From an uncultured Planctomycetota bacterium (GTDB taxonomy: Bacteria; Planctomycetota; Planctomycetia; Isosphaerales; Isosphaeraceae), in NCBI GenBank assembly GCA_963823665.1, contig CAWGMQ010000008.1:1472001-1536000 (forward strand): a DNA stretch of 64,000 nt, written 5' to 3'. Both the position numbers and the translations under genes were made by a program. The notes beneath the pieces were generated by a model. The model did no database searches. It saw only the letters and a list, made by a program, of their open reading frames with translations, and had not been told where the DNA came from. Below are positions 55,371-64,000 of the stretch, one piece after another (position 1 is the stretch's first letter; every line of letters begins with the position of its first letter).

Positions 55371-56468
55371 TTACTGGTCGTTTGAAAGTTCACCGGATTG
55401 ACGGATCATGCCCGTTCCATCGTCCAGACGAAAGTACGATTGATGAGGAGATCGCGCCGCCGGGCCGGGCCCGGTTCTCCCCGCATCCGGCCGCAAGTGA
55501 GTCGGGCGCGGCTCGCCGTGGGCCAGTAACATGGTCGGTGCCGAGAGAGGCGCCGCCACGGCGATCGCGTCGATCGTTTCGGCCCCCAATCGGTCCAGGC
55601 CGCTCGCCAGTTTCTCGATCCGAATCGAAAGGGCGTCATACGCGATCAGCGATAAGGTGGCGAGTACGACGCCCGCGGTGAGCGGCGTGAAAACAGGCGC
55701 AACTGCCGGACCCCACGCCAGCGATTGCGCGTGCAGTGAACCCAGTGCACGCTCGATCGCAAACAACGTCCCCAAAAGGCCCAGCAGCGGAGCCAGTACG
55801 GCGATCCGGCGCAAGGTTCCCACGTTGCGCCGCAGGCGATCGGTCTCGACCCGATGTGCCAGCGCGACGGCGCGCTCCAGGTCGCCCGCCGGCCGCCCCC
55901 AGCGCCGCACCGCCGCGAGCGCGACGTTCGCCGCCGGGCTCGGGTTCAGCTCGCAAAGGTCAAGCGCCTGACCGCAGTCAAGCTTCCCGCCGTGAAGCCG
56001 GTCCAGGAATCTCGCGATGAACGCCCGAGGCATGATCGCTCGCCGGCGAAGCCTGAGCATCCGCTCCAGGATGACAAGGATGCCGAGCCCGCCGCAGGCA
56101 ATCATGCCGCCCCAGCTCACCCGCTCCGCCGGCGGCGTCCGCCAGTACCAGACCATCAGCCGCCGGGCAATCCCTTCCAATCGATCGGTCAGAGCGCGCG
56201 GCTCGGAAACGCCGCCAGTTTCCGACTGGCCTGCGAGATGGCCAGAGTGATCGCTCACTCGGTGCGCGCCAGTCGAGATAGGGCTTTCGCTCTCTGGTCC
56301 CTGCGCGGTCGCCGGAGGGCCAAGCGCAACCACCAACACGATCGTGCTTGCGATGGTGCGACTCACCACGGTGCGCGCCGTTTTGCCGCAGCGCATGGCT
56401 CTGATCCTTCCCGCAGATTCGGAAATCTCGACCAGATCCGCCGAGATTTCCGGATTGTTTCTGTTCAC
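55371..56468 (-). CDS. MotA/TolQ/ExbB proton channel family protein
   Basis: LERMLRLRR, LRRNVGTLRRIAVLAPLLGLLGTL, three TM helices. Confidence 0.88.
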   Translation of the reverse strand: MNRNNPEISADLVEISESAGRIRAMRCGKTARTVVSRTIASTIVLVVALGPPATAQGPESESPISTGAHRVSDHSGHLAGQSETGGVSEPRALTDRLEGIARRLMVWYWRTPPAERVSWGGMIACGGLGILVILERMLRLRRRAIMPRAFIARFLDRLHGGKLDCGQALDLCELNPSPAANVALAAVRRWGRPAGDLERAVALAHRVETDRLRRNVGTLRRIAVLAPLLGLLGTLFAIERALGSLHAQSLAWGPAVAPVFTPLTAGVVLATLSLIAYDALSIRIEKLASGLDRLGAETIDAIAVAAPLSAPTMLLAHGEPRPTHLRPDAGRTGPGPAARSPHQSYFRLDDGTGMIRQSGELSNDQ

Positions 56469-56526
56469 CCGATTGGTCTGGCTGACCGGCGCCTCCGAAT
56501 GCGGTTTCTGGCCACCGACCGAGCGC

Positions 56527-59500
56527 CTACTTTTTTGTCGCCGAAGGATTTAAGGAGGCACGACTGCTGGCAGTTGCCTGCCGTCGGACCGCTTCGGCGG
56601 CCGGCGCCTCGTCGGGAAACCGCGCCACGAGCCTTCCATAGGTTTCGGCGGCATCGGCCCATTGATCGAGTCGCTCATAAACTTTTCCCGCTTCCAGCAG
56701 AGCGGCAGCCTGCCAGCGGGGGGCCTTGAACAGGATATCCACCTTGAGAAAGTCCCGGAGAGCCTCGTGCAGCTTCTCCTGATGGAAATAGGCTTCCCCA
56801 TGCATCAAGAGCGCGTGGGCGCCCAGGTCTCCCTTACCGGCGGCATCGATCACACGCTCAAACGCGGCCCGAGCCTCATCGAATCGTGCCAGCCCGATGA
56901 GCGCTTGCCCAAAGGCGAAATCCAGCTCGACGGGCACCGCGTCCTTCGGTGCCAGGGTTTTCTTCATTGCTAGGGCGCCGTCCAGTGCGTCCTTCCATCG
57001 TTTCAGGGCGATCCACGACTCGATCTGCTTCAACCGAACAGTCGAGTTCCAGCCCTCCTGGTCCGTCGCCACCGGTTTTTCGGTCAGAAGCGCCGAGAAG
57101 CCGGCAAGGGCCGCGGCCGCGTCGCCGCGCTGGAGGGCGCACTCCGCGCGAAGATAGCGCGCTTCCCGGCGGTACGCGCTCTCCGGGAACTCGGTCAGCA
57201 GGCGGTCGAGCGTGACAGCCGCGGGCTCCCAATCCTTGATTTCGACCTGGGTTCGCCCCAATCGATAGAGTACGGCAGGAAGCAAGCGCCGCAAGGAATC
57301 CGGCGAATCACCGGGACCGACCTTCGTTTCCGTCGAGTTTCCTGCCTTCGCGACCGCGTTCTTGCCGTCTCCTGGCTTCTGCGTGGCAAGTGGGGCCAGG
57401 AGCCGGATCACCTCGGCATGGTTGTGCGCGAGGTTGGCTGATTCAGCCAGGTTGAATCGGGCATCCACTGCATAGGGACTATCCGCATGCTCTTTGAGCA
57501 AGCGCGCGAAGACGCGATCGGCTTCGGCCGGCTTTTCCGCATCGATCAAGCTCCATCCCCATTCGGCGAGCAAACTTTCGGGCTTCGCCCCGGCCTCTGC
57601 CAGGTGTTCTCGAGCGTGTTCGTCTCCGATCAGCCGCTCGTATTCTCTTGTTGCCTCGTTATGCCGCCCGGCTTTGCTCAGCAGGCGCGCGCGCCAGACG
57701 GGCCAGCGCGGCTGTGCTCGAGCTCGCATAACGATCCGGAATGCGAGCGTAGGCCTTGAGCGCGGCGTCCGTCTGGTGGCCGTCCTCGAGCACCCGTCCC
57801 TGGGCGAGCGCCACTTCCGGCGCCGTCGGGTCCTCAGGTGCCAGCTCAAGCGCTTCACCGAAGGCGGATGCCGCTTCAGCCGATCTGCCAAGCTCGGCCA
57901 GAGCGCGTCCCAATCCGCGGTAGGCTCGTGCCTGGAGTCCCCGCGCGGTCGCGTCGACCGATTTGAGGGCCGACGACGGATCACCGCCCGGCGCCCGTTT
58001 CGGATTGCCCGCCACGAGCTTGAACTGCTCCACGGCTCGCTCTGCCTGGTGGGCCCTCAGGGCTGCCTCGGCGGCCCGCAGCCGTGTCGGCGGCAGGCTC
58101 TTACTTTGGGGAAAGTCTTGCGCCAGACGAACCAACATCTGCCAGGCGCCGTCGGACTGACCGAGGGCGAGCCGGGCCGTGACCAGGTGTGCCATCGCAA
58201 ATTCGGCGACATCGCCCCGGGGATTGGCGGCGAGATATCCTTCGAGCGGCGCGACGGCTTCCGCGTACCGTCCAGCGTCCAGATGCGACTGGCCAATCAG
58301 GAACTGGGCCGCCGCCGTGATCGGCCCGGCCTGCGATTTCGCCAGGGTGGCAAGGATGGCGTCGGCTTCGGCGCCACGACCCATAGCCCGGTACGCGAGC
58401 GCGAGGTCATATCTGGCGGCTGCGGCCAGCGCCGGCGCCAGGGCAGGGGCCGCTGCCTTCTTCGCGCCGTCGTTTGAGCGGCCCGGCTCGGGCACGCCGC
58501 TGCCTTCCGCGCGGTCCGCCCCGGGGCCGACGAGCGACTCAAGCATGGCGACGGCATCCTTGGGCTGCCCCGATAGCGACGCGGCCCGCGCTTCGAACCA
58601 ATCGCATCTCGCTGCGAAGCGGGCTCTGCTTGAACTTCGCCGCAAACGCCTCTGCGAGCCGCCGAGCTGTTGCAGCGTCACCACGCTCGAGCGCCGACTG
58701 TGCCCCACCAAGCATGGCATCGTCGGCCCAGGCATCGTCTGGAAAGCCTTCCGCCACTTTGAGGAACCGCGCTTCGGCTTCCGCCGGGCGATTCAGCTTC
58801 CGCAGCGCCTCGGCCAGTCGGTACTCGAGCGCCGCCGTGTCGAGGCTCTTCGGATATCGCTTCAGTGCATTCTCCAGAGTGCCGGCTGCCTCCTGGGATT
58901 GCGCGCCCGCGAGCTGGATCGTCGCCAGCTCGAGCGCGGCGCGGGGGCCGATCGATTCGGGCCCATTTTCAGCCAGCCCTCGCAGCAGCTCGAGAGCTTC
59001 GCCCGCCTTGCCCAGCCCGGCAAGGGCCACCGCGCGGTGAATCCGGGCCTCCGGAATGAGCGGACTCTTGGGCGCGACCCGCTCGAGCGTGCTCATCGCC
59101 TCGACCGCCTCGGCGAGGCGACCCGCTGTTTCCCGCATCAAGCCGATCTGAAGCCAGCAGCGGTCAACCCATTCGGGCGACCCTTTCTTCACAAGCTCGT
59201 CGAGCAGGCCCAGTGCCCGGTCACGGTCACCGGAAGCGGCCAGCGTCGCGTGCCAGGCCGTAACGCGCACGATCGCTCGTTCGCCCCTTGGGATACGCGG
59301 CGAGCGACCGCTCGTAGGCCACTTTCGCTCTCGGCAAATCTTCAAGTGCGAAACAGGCGTCGCCCAGATACGTCCAGGCCAGCTCGAGTGACGGGTGACT
59401 CGTCTTCGCACTCGTGAACGCCTCGAGCGCCGTTCGCGCTGCGGGCAAATCGCCGAGGAGATACGAGAGCTCTCCCTGGCGAAACCGGGCTGACAGCGCC

Positions 59501-59973
59501 CGGGGATCATCGGGCGCCCCCTTCAAGAAGTCGTCGAACGCCCCGCGGGCCTCGCGATAACGGCCCATCGAAAGCCAGGCGCTGGCCAGCCCAAACCGGG
59601 CGTCATCCCGCTCCGCCCCGGTCGCGCCCGCCTTCAGTAATCGCTCGTACTCCTGGGCGGCGAGGTCAAACTTCTTTTGTCGAAGCAGCCCGTTCGCAAA
59701 CCGCAAGCTGTCGGAAGTCTGCGACTTGACGGTCGATTCGACCTGCGCGCGTTTCGGAGCGGAATCCTGGCCGAGCGAAGCGGACGCACAGATGAGAGCG
59801 CCGGAAAGAGCGACCCATCCCGCGCACAGATTGGCAAAACGAATCGTCAGGCTAAAGCCTGACCTACGAGCAATCCATCGGCCGGTCCTCAAAATCCTCA
59901 CCACCGTTGCAACACCTCCTACCGGGATTTTGGTCATTATCGCAACATATTTCGACCCCGGCTGAAACGCCAT
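56527..59973 (-). CDS. Large secreted TPR protein (split into four ORFs by indels)
   Basis: FANGLLRQKKFDLAAQEY, repeated ARYxLA / FPxS TPR units, ALRDFLKVDIL..PRWQAAALLEAGK. Confidence 0.85.
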
Positions 59974-60184
59974 CCCGACTGAAACTCTTTTTCAAAAAAT
60001 GGGTAAGAGGGGCTGGCTTTTACAAATTGGGGGGTTTATTCTACTAAGAATTCGCAGATTTCCCCAAACTCGCAGTCAGTGTCTTGTATATTAGCAGGGG
60101 AGAGGTCCAAGTTGGCGAAGTTGGCGCGAACTTGGATTCAAGGTCTAGTCGTTCCGTTCACGGTTTCCAGTGGAGAAAGCATCG

Positions 60185-60952
60185 ATGATGTTCAACCGGT
60201 TTGTAGGTACTTCCGCAGCGACGTTGCTGAGCCTTGGCATCGTCGTGCCGGCGTTTGCACAATCGCCGCAAAAGACATTGCCCGCCGCCCAGGGTCCAGT
60301 GACTTCGAGTCAAGCCCCCGCGGCGCCTGGGAAGGTCGTTCCCGCTGGTCAGGCTCCTGCCGCTCCTGGAAAGGCCATGCCTGCTGGTCAGGCTCCCGCC
60401 GCTCCTGGAAAAGCCATGCCTGCTGCTCAGACTCCGGCCGCTCCTGGAAAGGCCATGCCTGCTGCTCAGGCTCCCGCCGCTCCTGGAAAAGCCATGCCTG
60501 CTGGTCAGGCTCCGGCCGCTCCTGGTAAGGCAATGCCTGCCGGTCAGGCTCCCGCCGCTCCTGGTAAGGCAATGCCTGCCGGTCAGGCTCCGGCCGCTCC
60601 TGGTAAGGCAATGCCCGCGGGTCAGGCTCCGGCCGCTCCTGGTAAGGCCATGCCTGCTGGTCAGGCTCCGGCCGCTCCTGGTAAGGTGATGCCTGCAGGT
60701 CAGGCTCCTGCCGCTCCTGGAAAGGCGCTGCCCGCTGGTCAGACTCCTGCCGCTCCTGGCAAGGGAACCCCTGTCGTCTCGGGGCAGGCCCCGGCGACTC
60801 CGTCCAAGACGATCCCGACCGCAGCACCGCAGGCACCGGCCAAGTCGGTTACGCCGACATATCAGTCAACGCCGGCGCCGGCACCCCCAGCCCCCGCGGC
60901 TGGGGAAGCACCGCCTGCTCCTCCTCCGATTTCGACCATCAAGAAGTCATGA
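60185..60952 (+). CDS. Secreted Pro/Ala/Gly/Lys-rich repeat protein
   Basis: GGAG SD, signal peptide ending AFA-Q, synonymous variation between repeat units, downstream terminator. Confidence 0.85.
   Translation: MMFNRFVGTSAATLLSLGIVVPAFAQSPQKTLPAAQGPVTSSQAPAAPGKVVPAGQAPAAPGKAMPAGQAPAAPGKAMPAAQTPAAPGKAMPAAQAPAAPGKAMPAGQAPAAPGKAMPAGQAPAAPGKAMPAGQAPAAPGKAMPAGQAPAAPGKAMPAGQAPAAPGKVMPAGQAPAAPGKALPAGQTPAAPGKGTPVVSGQAPATPSKTIPTAAPQAPAKSVTPTYQSTPAPAPPAPAAGEAPPAPPPISTIKKS
60311..60772 (+). repeat. 39-bp coding tandem repeat, 11 full units plus 1 partial (QAPAAPGKAMPAG)
   Basis: Direct reading of the sequence. Confidence 0.95.
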
Positions 60953-60988
60953 TTCGGCTCCGGTCCGGATTCATCCCAAAGACCAGCT

Positions 60989-61020
60989 ACCCCGGTCCGC
61001 CCCGACCGGGGTTTTCTTTT
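60989..61020 (+). terminator. Rho-independent terminator
   Basis: accccggtc-cgcccc-gaccggggt stem-loop followed by tttctttt. Confidence 0.85.
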
Positions 61021-61101
61021 GCGCCAGGCTGTTCGCCAAAGACGGAAACACTCCAAGTTGGAAGCCAGCAGGATGAAAACGGATCTAACTGCTTCGCTTT
61101 A

Positions 61102-62217
61102 TCATCGTCTACTTAACGTCGCCTTGTCGCTTTCGCAGTACGCGCCGTTTTCCCGGAATGTTGCCGGACTCCGTACAATCCCACACCTGGAGATCGCCGC
61201 GAGATCGTGCGCCATGAACATTTTGTCCAACCAATCCTCGTTGGGATATGGTCGGTAATATCTCAACCATCGCCACTCGTCGATCTTGACGTCCGGTTCT
61301 CGCTCGTTGAACTCCTGGATCGCCAACGACTCGCCAGCATACCGGTGAACACAAGGGATATGGATATCGTCAAAATACATCGGCACGTGATTCAGCATTC
61401 GCTTGTCAGGTGGCGCCAGGATTTTCAATGCCGCCGTGGTGGAGGAGTAGAGGTCGACGTCGACTGCGACGAAACCAAGCGGCGGTGGATCGTACTCCGC
61501 GAAGAACTTCGGCACTGTAGATCGAATGTCGCCGATCACCAGTTTGGTACGAGGGCTCAATTTGGCCTCAAGTGCTCCGACATCCATCGGAAAATCGCCC
61601 GCACGCCAGATATCGGGGCAATCGCGGTAATCGCCGATCAACTCCGGCAGACCGCTGGGTCCCGCGTCGAAGCCGTAGACGTCGATCCGGACGCCGCTTG
61701 TTTCTTCGACGGCGGCCGCAATGCGCTCGAGCGCCAGCAAACCGGCGCCAGTCGCAACACCAAACTCGATCACCGAGATCTTATCGATACTCTCACTTTT
61801 CGCCTGCTCGGCGGCGTATAGCACACCATTCAGGTAGTGAGGTCGCTCCGACTTCTCCCAAATTGCCTGGGTCTGAAGCGAGATTGGCAGCCATTTCATG
61901 GCACACCTGACGAAGAACCGGAATGGCGGTTCGTTCGCCAGCAAGGATAGCTGGTGGAGAACTCGGCTCAACGCGTTAGTCGTGTTAGACGGTTTCTCAC
62001 ATGCGTGAGCAGGAGACCGTAATGACTTTGAGAGTTTTCGCCGCCCACGCGGAATTGCGACAGTTCCATTGTGGATGAGCAAGTGGTGGCGAAGCTTGAA
62101 TTGTAACCAATCTGACGTCTTCCTGCGAGGTGATTCTGACCAATGTTGGTGCTCGCCGCCCCTGATCATTCCGTTCCGGCTGAGCAACATCCGCCGGACT
62201 CCAGTCGCCAGCGTCAT
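61102..62217 (-). CDS. TylF/MycF-like SAM-dependent methyltransferase (true start probably near 61900-62000)
   Basis: IEFGVATG, YGFD...GLP, VIGDIRSTV, VDVDLYSST, YFDD. Confidence 0.75.
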   Translation of the reverse strand: MTLATGVRRMLLSRNGMIRGGEHQHWSESPRRKTSDWLQFKLRHHLLIHNGTVAIPRGRRKLSKSLRSPAHACEKPSNTTNALSRVLHQLSLLANEPPFRFFVRCAMKWLPISLQTQAIWEKSERPHYLNGVLYAAEQAKSESIDKISVIEFGVATGAGLLALERIAAAVEETSGVRIDVYGFDAGPSGLPELIGDYRDCPDIWRAGDFPMDVGALEAKLSPRTKLVIGDIRSTVPKFFAEYDPPPLGFVAVDVDLYSSTTAALKILAPPDKRMLNHVPMYFDDIHIPCVHRYAGESLAIQEFNEREPDVKIDEWRWLRYYRPYPNEDWLDKMFMAHDLAAISRCGIVRSPATFRENGAYCESDKATLSRR

Positions 62218-62340
62218 TCTAGTTTCGCCGAACGGGAGGGGCCTCGCAAGCGGCTGGTGGCAGAGATCTTCTTGATCGCGAGATTGGGCGCGAATCTTAC
62301 GTCGCCGACGGAGGCGGCGTGAGCCCGCTTGCGGCCCGCG

Positions 62341-62544
62341 TCACCGGGAAGTCCAGACCAAGTAGATGACGCCGGCGACCGGGATGACCAGAAGCCCAGC
62401 CAGGATGCAGAGGGTCCCAACGACTTTGGCTGAGGTGCCCGTGACAATCCGCGTCTGACCCAAGCCAAGCCCGCTCGCCGTGAACCCGGTCATCCCAATA
62501 ATAATCAGACCCGCGGAGACGAAAGTTAGAGCGGCCCCAACCAT
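62341..62544 (-). CDS. Small two-helix membrane protein
   Basis: AAAGGTG SD-like sequence, two hydrophobic helices, 67 aa. Confidence 0.6.
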   Translation of the reverse strand: MVGAALTFVSAGLIIIGMTGFTASGLGLGQTRIVTGTSAKVVGTLCILAGLLVIPVAGVIYLVWTSR

Positions 62545-62955
62545 GTCGCACCTTTCAAATCCGCCCCCCGAAGGGCGCCCTGTAGTCCCCGCCGACGCTC
62601 ATGACCTGGCGAAATGCGCGAGCACGGCAACCAGGCCCAGCACTCTACGATCCGCGTCGCTCCGCGGGCCGGACGGATTCTAGCTTCGCTGAGCGCAACG
62701 GCCATCGCAAGCCGCTGGCTGGCTCGCCACGCTGCGAACGGGGTAATGGAGGGGCCGGAACGCGGGAGGGCGGCGCTCGAGCGTCAGGGTCAGAGCCGAC
62801 GGCGATGGCTTGTTCGCACATCCGCCACGCTTCACCGCGGGCCACTCAGAGAACCTGAATCAGCTCAGCAGTGCGCTACCCGACTTTGAACCAGATGGAA
62901 AATCACGGAATCCGCCAACCTGACTGATGAGGCGCGCCAAGGCCAGCACGGCGAC

Positions 62956-63246
62956 TTGGCGATGGCGACATGCCCGTCGATTTGGCTCAGTTCCCAGCGG
63001 TTCTGCCAAATGCGCACACGCGCCGACCGGCCTGAGGACAACCCGTGGCTCCAGCGACGCGAGACGACTGCGCTCCATCCGGCGCAGGCGGCGGAGCTCG
63101 AGGCACTCAAGATGGAGCACGAGCTTGAACGTCGGATGACCAGGGACCTGGAGACTCAGGCTGATCCGTGGAATCCGCGGTGGCGGGGTGACGATGACGA
63201 TTGGTCGAGCGTAGAACCAGAATTCGCTCGAAAGGAATACCAATGA
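62956..63246 (+). CDS. Hypothetical protein
   Basis: Charged helical ORF abutting the next ORF; no motif. Confidence 0.35.
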   Translation: MAMATCPSIWLSSQRFCQMRTRADRPEDNPWLQRRETTALHPAQAAELEALKMEHELERRMTRDLETQADPWNPRWRGDDDDWSSVEPEFARKEYQ

Positions 63247-63247
63247 A

Positions 63248-63487
63248 TTGCCCAAGATGTGGAAACCCTGCTGCCCGGTCAACGAAGATGTCCGGGCACA
63301 AGTGGTTTACAGATGCAAGGATTGCGATAGGTGGACAATCTCCGACTGCGATGTATGGATAACGCGCGGCCCGGGGATGGTTGATCAACTCCGGCAACTG
63401 GCGGTGAACCGGGATGACCAAGATCGACGGTGGAAACACATGATGGAATCCGATATTTCGGACACTATCTGGACACAGCTCTCCTGA
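63248..63487 (+). CDS. Hypothetical Cys-rich protein
   Basis: PCCP...YRCKDC possible Zn ribbon; AAGGAA upstream. Confidence 0.35.
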   Translation: MPKMWKPCCPVNEDVRAQVVYRCKDCDRWTISDCDVWITRGPGMVDQLRQLAVNRDDQDRRWKHMMESDISDTIWTQLS

Positions 63488-63575
63488 GGGCGAGCAGATT
63501 GGGCCCGACTTCCGGCCGGAGTGCGCGGGCTTGGACCGCCTGTTCGACGGACCTTAATGGCGCGCGTGAGCGGTT

Positions 63576-63998
63576 TCAAGCCGGGGGACTCTCAGCCGCG
63601 GTATCGGGGCGGTCGCGGTCGACCTTAGCCGTCCGCTTGGGGGCCGCCTCAGAAATCTCGCTGAACGTAGCGAGGCAGCGATCGGTGATGTAGAGCAAGG
63701 TGAGGTTGCCGCCGGCGGGGGCGTCGGGGCTGGCGTAGCCGCCTTTCCCCTCCAACATCTTGAGGGCCGCCTCATATAACCTTCTGCCCTTAGGGGCGCG
63801 GCCAGTCCGTAGGTCGGCGCGAGCGGGGTCACGGGGGAAGACGATCAGTTCGGGGCTGGCGTAGCCGCCTTTCCCCTCCAACATCTTGAGGGCCGCCTCA
63901 CGTATGTTGCTGCCCCATGCGGCGCTGGGAGCGGACACTAAGTCCCGGAGGATGTCGTCGCCGCCGGCGGGAAGTTTGGGACCGCCTTTCGCCGCCAT
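63576..63998 (-). CDS. Hypothetical protein with internal repeat (may extend beyond window)
   Basis: EAALKMLEGKGGYASP occurs twice. Confidence 0.35.
   Translation of the reverse strand: MAAKGGPKLPAGGDDILRDLVSAPSAAWGSNIREAALKMLEGKGGYASPELIVFPRDPARADLRTGRAPKGRRLYEAALKMLEGKGGYASPDAPAGGNLTLLYITDRCLATFSEISEAAPKRTAKVDRDRPDTAAESPPA
63724..63900. repeat. Perfect 51-bp direct repeat (63724-63774 and 63850-63900)
   Basis: tcggggctggcgtagccgcctttcccctccaacatcttgagggccgcctca, period 126. Confidence 0.95.
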
Positions 63999-64000
63999 TT

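Noticed and set aside
55181..55393. ExbD/TolR gene
   Set aside because: No TM helix or conserved Asp motif in the 70-aa ORF
60311..60772. CRISPR or non-coding satellite
   Set aside because: No spacers; synonymous variation and a signal peptide indicate a coding repeat
62924..62960. CTGATGAG hammerhead ribozyme core
   Set aside because: No GAAA after a stem II and no convincing stems I/III
63724..63900. CRISPR array
   Set aside because: Only two 51-bp copies with a 75-bp interval, in frame within an ORF, and no cas genes in the window

Overview
High-GC chromosomal window that is almost certainly from a planctomycete of the Isosphaeraceae type. This is inferred from the Ser/Thr kinase-WD40 protein, DUF1559 proteins, planctomycete cytochrome c-WD40 and PPC proteins, an ECF sigma factor with a long C-terminal extension, PEP-CTERM, prenyltransferase-repeat proteins and typical REP-like palindromes. 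A housekeeping core (lactate permease, hpf-ptsN-ptsH, TIGR03936, rne/rng, hemB, hemL, thiE, glutathione peroxidase) is surrounded by accessory DNA: kinase/sigma remnants, a duplicated DUF1559 gene, toxin-antitoxin modules, an Rpn gene and secreted repeat proteins. Many genes, including housekeeping ones, are split by single indels that are probably assembly errors. No rRNA, tRNA or CRISPR array was seen. The best leads are: (1) a two-gene candidate defence module at 9.9-11.4 kb (nucleoside-deoxyribosyltransferase/TIR-like domain fused to a QxK nuclease domain, plus an Mrr-like nuclease); (2) a 98-codon in-frame insert flanked by a CCGCGG direct repeat inside a membrane protein at 34.07-34.36 kb, possibly a mobile coding domain; (3) two densely base-paired non-coding regions at 37.07-37.30 kb and 41.37-41.91 kb whose G-U pairs point to + strand structured RNAs; (4) a duplicated antitoxin-like/HNH module bracketing a 2.4 kb cargo. 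All calls come from reading the sequence; no database searches were run.
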